From positions 1,536,001 through 1,600,000 of the forward strand of contig CP000070.1 in the NCBI GenBank assembly GCA_000002445.1: a stretch of DNA of 64,000 nucleotides. Direction: 5' to 3'. Source of the DNA: Trypanosoma brucei (taxonomy: Eukaryota). The translations under genes were made by a program, and so were the position numbers. The notes under the pieces are model-generated. The model made no database searches, was not told the DNA's origin, and saw only the letters and a list, made by a program, of their open reading frames with translations. Of the stretch, positions 1 through 9,249 are shown one piece after another. Numbering within the stretch: the stretch's first letter is position 1; each line of letters begins with the position of its first letter.

Positions 1-1589
1 CGCTCCCGCAGTAAATACTAACGGATGTTTGTTGCTGAGTATGTGAAGGCTGTGACATATTTGATTTTGAATACAATAGTGGTTACAGGTGCGCGAATTG
101 GGGTGAGTGGGCGTCCGGGAGTGGTTTCAAGTTAATATTTATGTTTCCTTCTTTTTTTTTTCACTTTGGTGGTGTCAGGCCATTGTTATCACCTACACGC
201 CGTGTTCTGGTGGAACAGTAATGGTGGTGTTTGGGAGTGTTGTTTCCTATTTTTTTAATTCTGTTTTGATCATTCTGTGTAACCATTCACGGAGGTTCTG
301 GTGCTCTGTTTGATCTATTTTTTTTGTTTCGTTTTTATGTGATAACCATCAGGACTGTGTGCAGCGGTTACTCGGTTCTAACCTTTTATGTCACCTATTA
401 TTTTTGTTATTTATTTAAGTGGGGGGAAAACGTTCTAACTGAAGGAATGGCAAATGTTGGGAACAATCAGGCACTGGTAAATTTACGTTTCTGAATTTCC
501 ATATTTCTTTGAAATAAATAATGTATTCTGCGTACCTGCTTTTTGGTTATGTGGCTGTTGAATTTTTTTTTCCTTGTAAAGACGGTCATTTCACTTGTAT
601 GAATCACTTTCGCCTTTTGTGCAGCCTCGTAGAAAAGTTAAGAAAAAAAACGCTTATCTCTATACGGATACGCCGTTGGACGTCACGGAACTGTGCTTGG
701 CGCAATGCAGCTATGGTTATAGGAAAGATACATTTTGTTTAAGAAGAATTATGAATATGTGTCATGGCTGTGGACAAAAGAGAAAAAGAAGGGCATCTCC
801 GGTGACCGGAGGTGACGGATGGCCTACCGCCGCGGTTTAAAACTTCAAATTTGAAGTATTTCTTCAGTCTGAATATTTCGCCACCCAGGACCACTTAGAC
901 TAGTTACTCTACCCAATATTCATGGGTATTCTGTGAATGATGAACTTAAACATACTTTTTTCCTAACAAAACGCCTGAATGTGTTGAATGATGCACAACC
1001 AATACGTGTGTTCTGATAATTGGTATTTACCACCACCACCACCCTTAGTTAAACATATAAAAACATCATCCGCCGTAACGAACAGTTTTGGGACTTCACA
1101 TTTAGTTGGAGTTGCCCCAGCACTCTCGTGACACAAAATGTTAATACATCATTTCCCCCTAACTTGCAATCAATCCCCTATTTGTTTCGAAAGAGTATAA
1201 ATATTTTTTGAATGTCTGCGACGAGTGTATTAAATTTTTATTTATTTGCTCTCATGCGTTACGTATAGTACTTCGGCGATCGTCTTTTTGTTGCAATAAA
1301 TCATCCTCTTTGGGGGTGCTCTCCGCGTGCCTTGGAGATACCATGCAAATCATCCATTTTTGACTACCAGCCGTCACAGTCTCTTCACTTTTTTCATTTT
1401 CTTTTAAAACAGTGCAGCAGAGAGAGGGCAACGCATTCCGTTAAGAAGCTGTCAAGATATTTTTTGTCTCTTTGCCCTCCGGCAGGTTGCAGTTGTTCTT
1501 ACTCCGTTCAAGACAAGGCACGGGGGCGTGTAAGAGAAACAAAAGAAAATAAGTAAAAAAATAATAGCAAAGTAGGCAAGGTTGGCGTG

Positions 1590-3416
1590 ATGCCGACAAC
1601 GGCGGATATTGCGCAAAGCACAACCGAGCCACTGAGAGAACGACTACGCCGTACAACTGTACCTTCTTCCGTTACAACAACTTCGTCAACTGCGGAGGAC
1701 ACGGGAAGTGGTACAGAAGAAAGCTGCACTACACTCCTGCGAGGGGATCCGCAACTCGCTGCGGTGCTCGGTACGCTGCCAAGTTCATCGCGCGAGCTTC
1801 TGAGGCGCATTGAGCAACAGAAGGATGAAATTACCGTCTTAAAGGAGGAAAACACACGGCTACGGGCCCGGGAGGTTGAGGTATCGGCTTTAACACTTCG
1901 GCTGCAGCAGCAGTTCTCAGCAACGCAACTTCAAGTGGATCGCTTGAAATCACAAATACGTATGGAACTTATCAACCCCGTGACGGAAGATGAGTATAGG
2001 GCAATTGAGGCACTTGAAGAAAGCAAGAGGGATTTACTGGATACGGTGAAATGTGGTATTTTTCAACAACTTGGTTCCATGAGGGCTTCTAGGGATACTG
2101 CGGTCAGACGGGCAAGCGAGTTGGCAACTGAAGTCGCACGGCTCACTGATGAGAACAAAGAGCTTCAGCAGCGGATTAAAGAAACTGAAACAGTATTGGA
2201 TGTGGAGAGGCAGTCATTCCGAAGACAACTGCAGGAAGCAGAGCAAAGAGGTAGCTTAGTAACTGAATTAGAGGGGAAACTACGGGATGTGGAAACTCGA
2301 CTTAAAAATGCTTATATTGATCAAGAGCAGTTTCTCACAGCGAAACTGAATGCATCTGTGAAGACGGAGGATGCAACTAGACTTACACTGCGGGTACGTG
2401 AGGCAGAGATGGATGTTGAACGCTACAAAACCGCGGCAGAGTGTTCTGAGCAGAAACTTGATATACTGAAGGGAGAGTACTATGAACTGAAGCTGAAGAA
2501 CACCCAACGTATCATGGAACTGGAGGCATGCCTGAGAGCAGCGGAAGAAAAACTGAAAACCCTGTCAGACTTGGAACTTGAATCTGAGCTGTTCATATCG
2601 AATCTCGCTCAACAAGCGGACGGTCAACTAACCTTCTCCAGTATGTCTGCACCATCCGCTGGTGGGGGCGTTGTAGGAGACAAGGCTGCGCCTACATCAA
2701 CAAACGCATTGAGTAGCTATGAAAGTTGGTTGGCACTTCCACGCTCGCGTAAGTTGGCTCACACATTAACTGTGACGAAGCGTTGCTTGAATTTGGAAAA
2801 CCGCCTTACTGCGCTACAACATGACATTGAGTTTAAAGACAAACAACTCGCGCGACTCCAGACGTCGTTAGAAATGGCCCGGGAGGCTCTTAACAACACA
2901 AATAGCCCCTTTGCTATGGTGGAACGCACCGTCGAGAAGCTAACCGCTGATAATGAAGAGCTGCATAACAAAGTGATGAATCTTTCGGAAGAAAACGCAC
3001 TGCTTCGCCAGCGACTGGAGCAGAGAACCACCGATGTTCAAGTATTGTGCAATCACCGTAAGGAACTCCTTCGCATTCAGCGCATTCTTCGACGCCTCGG
3101 TCTTGAAAACCAAGTAGCTGATTCGGCCTCGCTGCCGTGTGGGACAAATAGAAAAGTGCAACGACCTCATGACCAAGGTGAAGTCGATGCCACTGGGGAA
3201 CTTGGAGGGAGCGGATACCGGCTAACGACAGCACATTTCGAATCACCAACTGATCCCTCAAAACAATACTCACGGTACCCAACTGATGATTCTCTGCGAA
3301 CCACTGCTGAAACAAAGATGTCAGCAACGGAGTGCAATATGCAGCAGACAATTGGTACGGAGGGGAACAGCTTCAATGCAGTAGTAACCCCAGGCGTTAT
3401 ACAGTTTTCCTCCTGA
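1590..3416 (+). CDS. Hypothetical coiled-coil protein, about 608 aa
   Basis: Long + strand ORF. The track start at 1587 is GTG; the first ATG is at 1590. Residues about 60-330 and 380-470 have heptad-like Leu/Glu/Arg/Gln-rich composition typical of coiled-coil, and the N-terminus is Ser/Thr-rich. A poly-pyrimidine tract about 1380-1410 upstream looks like a trans-splice acceptor. I recognise no catalytic motif. Confidence 0.65.
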   Translation: MPTTADIAQSTTEPLRERLRRTTVPSSVTTTSSTAEDTGSGTEESCTTLLRGDPQLAAVLGTLPSSSRELLRRIEQQKDEITVLKEENTRLRAREVEVSALTLRLQQQFSATQLQVDRLKSQIRMELINPVTEDEYRAIEALEESKRDLLDTVKCGIFQQLGSMRASRDTAVRRASELATEVARLTDENKELQQRIKETETVLDVERQSFRRQLQEAEQRGSLVTELEGKLRDVETRLKNAYIDQEQFLTAKLNASVKTEDATRLTLRVREAEMDVERYKTAAECSEQKLDILKGEYYELKLKNTQRIMELEACLRAAEEKLKTLSDLELESELFISNLAQQADGQLTFSSMSAPSAGGGVVGDKAAPTSTNALSSYESWLALPRSRKLAHTLTVTKRCLNLENRLTALQHDIEFKDKQLARLQTSLEMAREALNNTNSPFAMVERTVEKLTADNEELHNKVMNLSEENALLRQRLEQRTTDVQVLCNHRKELLRIQRILRRLGLENQVADSASLPCGTNRKVQRPHDQGEVDATGELGGSGYRLTTAHFESPTDPSKQYSRYPTDDSLRTTAETKMSATECNMQQTIGTEGNSFNAVVTPGVIQFSS

Positions 3417-3701
3417 GGTGATATTATTTTTTCTTTTTCCTTCTTGCAAGCAAATGAGTTGGACGAAAAGTGTTTCTGCGCGTCCGACTGCCTCTTCTGG
3501 CGGCTCTTTCGCTACGTGTGTAACTCCTCCTCTTCGTTTGGGGCACATCAGTTGGATGAGAACCTCCTTCACTATTTCCACAAAAGATGAAGAAATTTTA
3601 ATGGTTTGCTTACTGGTTCACCCTCGTAGATTTTTTGTCTTTTGCCTTTGGGCAGTGAATTGGTTCAATGTGGCTGACCGGTGTTGTGAGAGGAGGAAGG
3701 T

Positions 3702-3716
3702 GGGGGGGGGGGGGGG
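3702..3716. repeat. G15 homopolymer
   Basis: Seen directly in the 3-prime flank of the first gene. Other G or C runs of about 10 or more occur at about 18076 (C10), 27582 (G10), 30513 and 46425 (C11). Confidence 0.9.
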
Positions 3717-4475
3717 AATCCCAGTGATAGTTAATTGAAGTGGCACTCAACAGGTTATGGGTGTCAAAATGGTGACATTAAAGCCGCTGGTTTGTGTCTA
3801 CCGATCTTGGCGACGAGATTCTTCCGTGGAAGCAGGCGGGAAAGTTAACATTGTGGAGCGTTTTTTTTATTGTTTACAAAACCCCCAATGACAACAACAA
3901 CAACAAGCGTCGGTAGTGCTGCAAGGAATGCAGGCGGCTATAGGAACAGCGGGTATTTCAGGGTGGGAAACACATTTTACCAGCAAGGCGTCACACATTT
4001 TTGTTGCGTCGGTATACTTGAGATGAGTTCCTGTCCTGCCATATATGTGACAATAGGCGTGTTTCGCAGGCTGATGCAACTTTATGAGGGAAGGGGAAAT
4101 TTGGGAATCAAAATTTAAGGTTTACTTCCCTGCTGCTCGTATTGCAAATTTGCAGTCCTGTGCTTTGTGTCTGTACACACATGCGCGCATACACACACTC
4201 ATAAATATTGCACGGCACTAATGTGCATTTCGTTAGTTTTCTTTTTGTTTGTTTGTTTGTTTGTGTTTCGAACCTTTATGCAACCTCATCCCATTGGTTG
4301 TTTCTTTAAACTCTCTTTTCCCTTCTATTTTTCTTTTTGGGGTCCTCCATCTTCTCACGAAAACTACCTTGGCACGTATACTATTCTCAGTTCACCTCAC
4401 TGTGGCTCGTTGTTGTCTTCGGAACTACTGCTTTACTTGCACGGTGACAGAAAGGGAAAAGAAAAAAGGGGGAAA

Positions 4476-5438
4476 ATGTCATCAACACTCCTTGCAACAG
4501 CTAACCAGTTCTATTTACTGCAACAAAAAAAAGGCCGTTCTTTCCCGCACCATGGATTCACACCACGAGCCATCGCTGCCAAGCGATTTGCAGAGAACAC
4601 CACAACGCTATCGCTTTCCGTTGGGTTTTTCCTTCCCACAATGACTCAAGTGCACCAGCAGCTCGAGCAATTGACGGTTGAGAGAGATGATATACCAATG
4701 GAAAAGGTGGTAACTACAGTAGTGGAAGCTATCAAAGATAATTTGGTTTTATTTGGTGACAAACTAGCACGACTGGCAGTGCAAACAGTAATTGCCTGTG
4801 GACTGGCTAAGAAGAATAAACCCTACATGAATAGTGTGGTGTACCTATGGAACGTATATCCGGGTCTCCACGATCACTACGTGGGGGAGACGCTCAGATA
4901 CTTGAGGCTTCCACGATTCCTTTCCTCTCTCTTTGGCCCACACGCTTTGAAGAGTGATGTTGATGTTTTCATGCAAGATATTTCCGCTGCCGCGGCAGCG
5001 GAAGACTCAATGAAACGTGCGGTTTTGGACATGGTAGCTGATAGTGTTGTTGACATGGTACGCGTATTGCTACCACCGTGGTTACTAAGGGGTCCCGCGC
5101 TGTCGTTTAAGCGGCGGTTGAAGCTGTTTGGACATGATATTCTCATGCGTTTCACAGTTGCTGTAACGAAAGTTACGGGTGCGGGAGTGGGTCGGGCCAT
5201 TGCCGGCCATCGTGGAGAGTACTGGGGTGAAATTATAGGCGTAGCAACCGCTTCATTTTTGTTCGAGCGAATTTCTGCCATGTTTCTGGATTACAAGCGG
5301 GCGGGGAGAATAGGCAGCAAGTCGGAGGTTGAGCGGGGGCGCAGCCGAAGCCACAGTCATGGTAAAGACGATGTGAAAGGGCTCACCTCCAAGCCGCAGA
5401 AGACGGGAGAAAGGGGGCGCAGGGAGGGGCGTCGATGA
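4476..5438 (+). CDS. Hypothetical protein; start uncertain (alternative ATG at 4639)
   Basis: Track ORF 4167-5438 begins at GTG inside a poly-pyrimidine tract. Its first 100 aa are a low-complexity translation of CT-rich DNA. The first ATG after the pyrimidine tract and an AG is at 4476 (MSSTLL...). The downstream part has normal amino-acid composition and a basic C-terminus. Confidence 0.45.
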   Translation: MSSTLLATANQFYLLQQKKGRSFPHHGFTPRAIAAKRFAENTTTLSLSVGFFLPTMTQVHQQLEQLTVERDDIPMEKVVTTVVEAIKDNLVLFGDKLARLAVQTVIACGLAKKNKPYMNSVVYLWNVYPGLHDHYVGETLRYLRLPRFLSSLFGPHALKSDVDVFMQDISAAAAAEDSMKRAVLDMVADSVVDMVRVLLPPWLLRGPALSFKRRLKLFGHDILMRFTVAVTKVTGAGVGRAIAGHRGEYWGEIIGVATASFLFERISAMFLDYKRAGRIGSKSEVERGRSRSHSHGKDDVKGLTSKPQKTGERGRREGRR

Positions 5439-6175
5439 TTTCACCATCACAGAGGGAAAACTAAAGAAACGATGCAAAAGAAAACGAAATGAAATGAAAT
5501 GAAAAATGGAGAATAAGATAGTGGTACTGAGGGAAATGGAATGGTGACTGGGTGCGTGCAAAAGATGGTATGTCTCCTTCCCGTTGTCATAAGTCACTCT
5601 TGAATTCCCCCGTAGTGTTTTGCACCAACGTGTTGTTGACTCTGAGGGTCCACAAATCTTTTCTGTTTTAAATTACTATTATTTCTGTTATTGTGATTAT
5701 TCGTTTTCCATTTGTGTGTCTTTCTCTTCGGATTTTCCCTTGAAAGGGGGGTTACAGCATTTCTTTTTATAATGGCGGCGGTGGTGCCACACACTTTTGT
5801 TGTTGTGTTGTGTATGGGTTTGGTAATATTTTTCGGTACTGATGTTCCTCCGCCACTGGCAGTACATAGACTGCGTCGAATTGGTGCAATTCGTGTGTTT
5901 ATCCACTGCCTATGCTTAATGACTTCCCCCCTTTTTTTGCTGCTGTTGACTACATCTGCCTCCATATGAAAGCAGCAAGCGATAGAAATGATGAATTTGC
6001 TGTTGTAGTTTCGCCTCGTGATCCTGTAATCTTGTGTTGCTGTGTTTCTTTTTCACACGTGGTCTCAATGATTCGCTCGCATATTGGTTCTCTCATTCTG
6101 TTTTAAGATATGAAGTAAAGAATTGGGACCACGCAGTTTTAGCTCCTTTTTTGTTCCGCATTGTTCCAAGCACTT

Positions 6176-7072
6176 ATGTTTACCTCAACTGCTGCGTACT
6201 GCGGCTCTGCAGGGTCCCGGTTATTTGTTGTGGCGCTGTTGCTCGCATTTTGTGTTGTCACCGGTACAACTGTATCAGATGAAAGAGAAACAGTGAATTC
6301 ATCATGTGAAAATCCCTCCCTTCATGACACACATCACTGGGGATTTCTGGGCGGCGGGTATCACATGCAGTTGGAGGTCGAGTTCCCGCTTATTTTCAAT
6401 TCCGTAGACATTTCGCTTGACCTCCCGCGGACCTTCTTTTTTGATGCGGCAGAGCTTGAGCAGTTGTACAGCATCAAACTGCAGGGTAGTAAAGAAGACA
6501 TCACCTGGGCTTACCAACCACTCAGGATTTCCTCTGATTACTTCTTTGACATCGAGGCGCCAGTGTTTCATGTGGGGTATGAAGTGAATCGAGTGAACAT
6601 CACGTTTGAGCGCCTGCCGTCCGCTTCTCGAAGATATTCCAACGGAAGCGCTGCAGCTATTGATATTTTTGCATCGGCTGATGATGCAAGGGGAAGGCTG
6701 TTGGTACCAATACATGCGCGATACGAGGAGGTGGACTCAACCACACCCTTCTCTCTTCAGGCATTCTTTAGCCGCAATACTTCTGTGCGGCGGTGCATTC
6801 CTTCGATTACTGTTCGCGGTGTTGTTGTGGACCGAGGCGGGCGCTGCGTAAAGTTCGTCTCGGCTTTAATGAAGCGATATGATGACGCATTAACCTCATC
6901 ATTAACATCTCCTCCCGTATCGGTTTTGGATGGCAACATCCCGGAGACATCGCCGGGGTGCAGAAATGTACCCGTTGGCCTTTTGTCATCGCTGAGAGTT
7001 GTGTACACAACCGTGGTGGCGCTGCAGTGCATTGGAGCCGCTATTGTTATTTTGTCGCTGTTATTGTTGTAA
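6176..7072 (+). CDS. Hypothetical secretory or surface protein: N-terminal signal peptide, several N-x-S/T sites, C-terminal hydrophobic tail (possible GPI-anchor signal or transmembrane helix)
   Basis: Track ORF 6161 starts at TTG; the first ATG is at 6176. The N-terminus MFTSTAAYCGSAGSRLFVVALLLAFCVVTG is a hydrophobic signal-like segment. The last about 20 aa (VVALQCIGAAIVILSLLLL) are hydrophobic and end at the stop. N-glycosylation sequons are present (NSS, NIT, NGS, NTS). Confidence 0.5.
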   Translation: MFTSTAAYCGSAGSRLFVVALLLAFCVVTGTTVSDERETVNSSCENPSLHDTHHWGFLGGGYHMQLEVEFPLIFNSVDISLDLPRTFFFDAAELEQLYSIKLQGSKEDITWAYQPLRISSDYFFDIEAPVFHVGYEVNRVNITFERLPSASRRYSNGSAAAIDIFASADDARGRLLVPIHARYEEVDSTTPFSLQAFFSRNTSVRRCIPSITVRGVVVDRGGRCVKFVSALMKRYDDALTSSLTSPPVSVLDGNIPETSPGCRNVPVGLLSSLRVVYTTVVALQCIGAAIVILSLLLL

Positions 7073-7729
7073 GCAGAGAGGACTAGGGGATGCAAACAGA
7101 TAATTGAATACGGGCTGTCGGTTGGTTTACATTCGTGCATATATATATATATATATGCGTTGTAAGGGAGAGGAATTAGTGTACAATTCGTGGGAATCCG
7201 CAAGCTGGTCGGATGTGTGTACAATTAATTGTTGTTGTCCTCTCGCTGGAAGTGGCCTCAGGACGCAGCGGGTTTTTTTGTTGTGGCGGGAATTTACTTT
7301 TCTTTGGGCGAGTGTGTAGGGGGGGGGAGGTGAGACATCCACAATTACTCTTTTCGACTGTTTAATGGTGTACGCACGTATCCTCGACGAGTGTGCTTCA
7401 CAGTTTGTCGGTGTAGTATCTGCTGCGTTTTCTTCTGTATACGCGCTGTGGAGGTGCTTCTTTTTTTTTCAGCTGAAGGACCGCCTCGGTTGTTGTGTTT
7501 CCCTTAATAACTCCCTTATTATTGTTATTATTTTCTTCTTACTGTGTTTATTGCCTTTTGCATCACGACGTCTCGATGCGTCAGCTGCAGCGTGGCATTA
7601 AATTTCCTTCTTTATCGTCAAAGCTCGCAGGAAAAGCGGAGAGAGTGGGGGTGGGGGTATAGTTTGACGTGTGTTATCCAAACTGTGAACAGTAGAAGCG
7701 ATAACAACATCGAAGCAAGTAGACCAATC

Positions 7730-8779
7730 ATGGTCCGCGCCCTACGCTCTGTCACAACACACCGGCATCCCACCGTTCGTGCACCGGCCTCACTGCTTTA
7801 TAACAATCTTTCGTTTGTTGAGGAGCACTCCTTGCTGGTTTACACATCTCGCAGGGACTGTGTCATTGTGAACACCGAAACAAATCAGGCACATCTGCTC
7901 CCCATTGGATCAATGGAAAATGAAATGATTCTCCAATGTAGTGCCATTCATGCACCTGGTGCCGAGGACGGTATGGAACCGCAAGTACTTATCCTCATCA
8001 CCATGCACAAAACAACACAATTGTGGACGGCCAATAAACCCATTAGCCTTGTATCACATGGTGGTGTGCATGGGGAAGGTTCGTGCGGTGGTCTTGCCGC
8101 TTCCGCTGGGGGAGGGGCACACGTCATCATGGGCACAAGTAAAGGTGTGGTGATGTTTGCCGAATATTGTGGGGGGGCTGCACCAATGAAGGACGAGGCA
8201 GATCAAGATGCGGCAACATCGTCTTCAATCTTTCGTGTAGCTTCCGCAGTGAAGGGGCACAAGGAGCGGGCGGTCACGGCAGCGCAAATAAGTAGGTTTC
8301 CGGACTCCGAACTCCTTGCGGTAAGTGGTGACGCAGCCGGTCAGCTGCTCCTCTGGAGTCGAGACCAGCAGCCGCTCGTTTCCATCTCCACTTTGGAGTG
8401 TGTGACGGCGGTCCAAATTGTTAGTGGCGGTGACTTCGTAGTTGCAGCGAGTGGCGCCGGTCGTTTGCTGGTATTAGACTCCCATACTGGCAGCACATGC
8501 ATTGACGTATGTGCTCATTCAAGGTGGATACACAATTTGTCCTTCAACGCAGCATGTAACATGATTTTGTCTGCAGCGGAAGATGGCTATGTGACGGTGT
8601 GGGCACTTCCCAGCGATAAGAAACAAAGCATTGTGGACTTTAGACCTGCTGTGATGCATCACACTCCGCATTCATTGCCTACCGGTGCAGCAATATCTGC
8701 CGATGGGTCAACGGTTTTCGTAACTATTTATGATGTGGATGGTGTGAATCAGTACACGGTTACTGCGGACAGAGAGTGA
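7730..8779 (+). CDS. Hypothetical WD40-like repeat protein, about 349 aa
   Basis: Track ORF 7544 starts at GTG; the first ATG is at 7730. It has repeated Gly/Ala-rich beta-strand-like motifs ending in hydrophobic-W/L-D. Examples are GQLLLWSRD, GRLLVLDSHTG and ILSAAEDGYVTVWALP, which resembles a WD-repeat terminus. Confidence 0.5.
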   Translation: MVRALRSVTTHRHPTVRAPASLLYNNLSFVEEHSLLVYTSRRDCVIVNTETNQAHLLPIGSMENEMILQCSAIHAPGAEDGMEPQVLILITMHKTTQLWTANKPISLVSHGGVHGEGSCGGLAASAGGGAHVIMGTSKGVVMFAEYCGGAAPMKDEADQDAATSSSIFRVASAVKGHKERAVTAAQISRFPDSELLAVSGDAAGQLLLWSRDQQPLVSISTLECVTAVQIVSGGDFVVAASGAGRLLVLDSHTGSTCIDVCAHSRWIHNLSFNAACNMILSAAEDGYVTVWALPSDKKQSIVDFRPAVMHHTPHSLPTGAAISADGSTVFVTIYDVDGVNQYTVTADRE

Positions 8780-9249
8780 CAAGAGGGGACAAGCAGAAAT
8801 TTAACGGAATTGATGATATGACTTTCGTGCTGCGGTACAAAAGCAACAAAATGATAGAACACATGTGAATAGGCGGCGATACAGGCGTGTAATGAACTGA
8901 ATGAACCGTTTGCGGTGAGGTGCACCTTTTCTGCTCTCTTTGCATCCTGAGCACGGGGAGGGGCCGGAGTATTTCCCCCTGGTGTAGCGATCTCTCCGTC
9001 TGGCTTACTTTAATTGAATGTTATTCTGGTTCCCAACATTTAATGGTAGCTCTCATTGCAAAAGATCTTGGTTGTTTGCAATGTCTTTTTTTTCTATGTT
9101 GTGCGTGCAGATTCCTCTTTCTGTTACCACTGTATTTCGTTTCTGCGCTGATCTGCGGCATTACTCAAATAAATAAAGCAGCGATAGCAATAGCTATAGA
9201 TAGTGTGAAATAGAAGCCAAGGGAATCAATAATTCGAAGAAGCAAACGG

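Noticed and set aside
2914-3351. 145-aa and other minus-strand ORFs inside the 1590-3416 gene
   Set aside because: They are antisense to a much longer ORF. Everything credible in the window is on the + strand, as expected for one polycistronic unit.
4167-4475. N-terminal 103 aa of track ORF 4167 (MSVHTCAHTHTHKYCTALMCISLVFFLFVCLFVF...)
   Set aside because: The track start is GTG. The segment is a translation of a CT-rich poly-pyrimidine tract, with (CA)n and GTTT repeats. That tract is a processing signal, not coding sequence.
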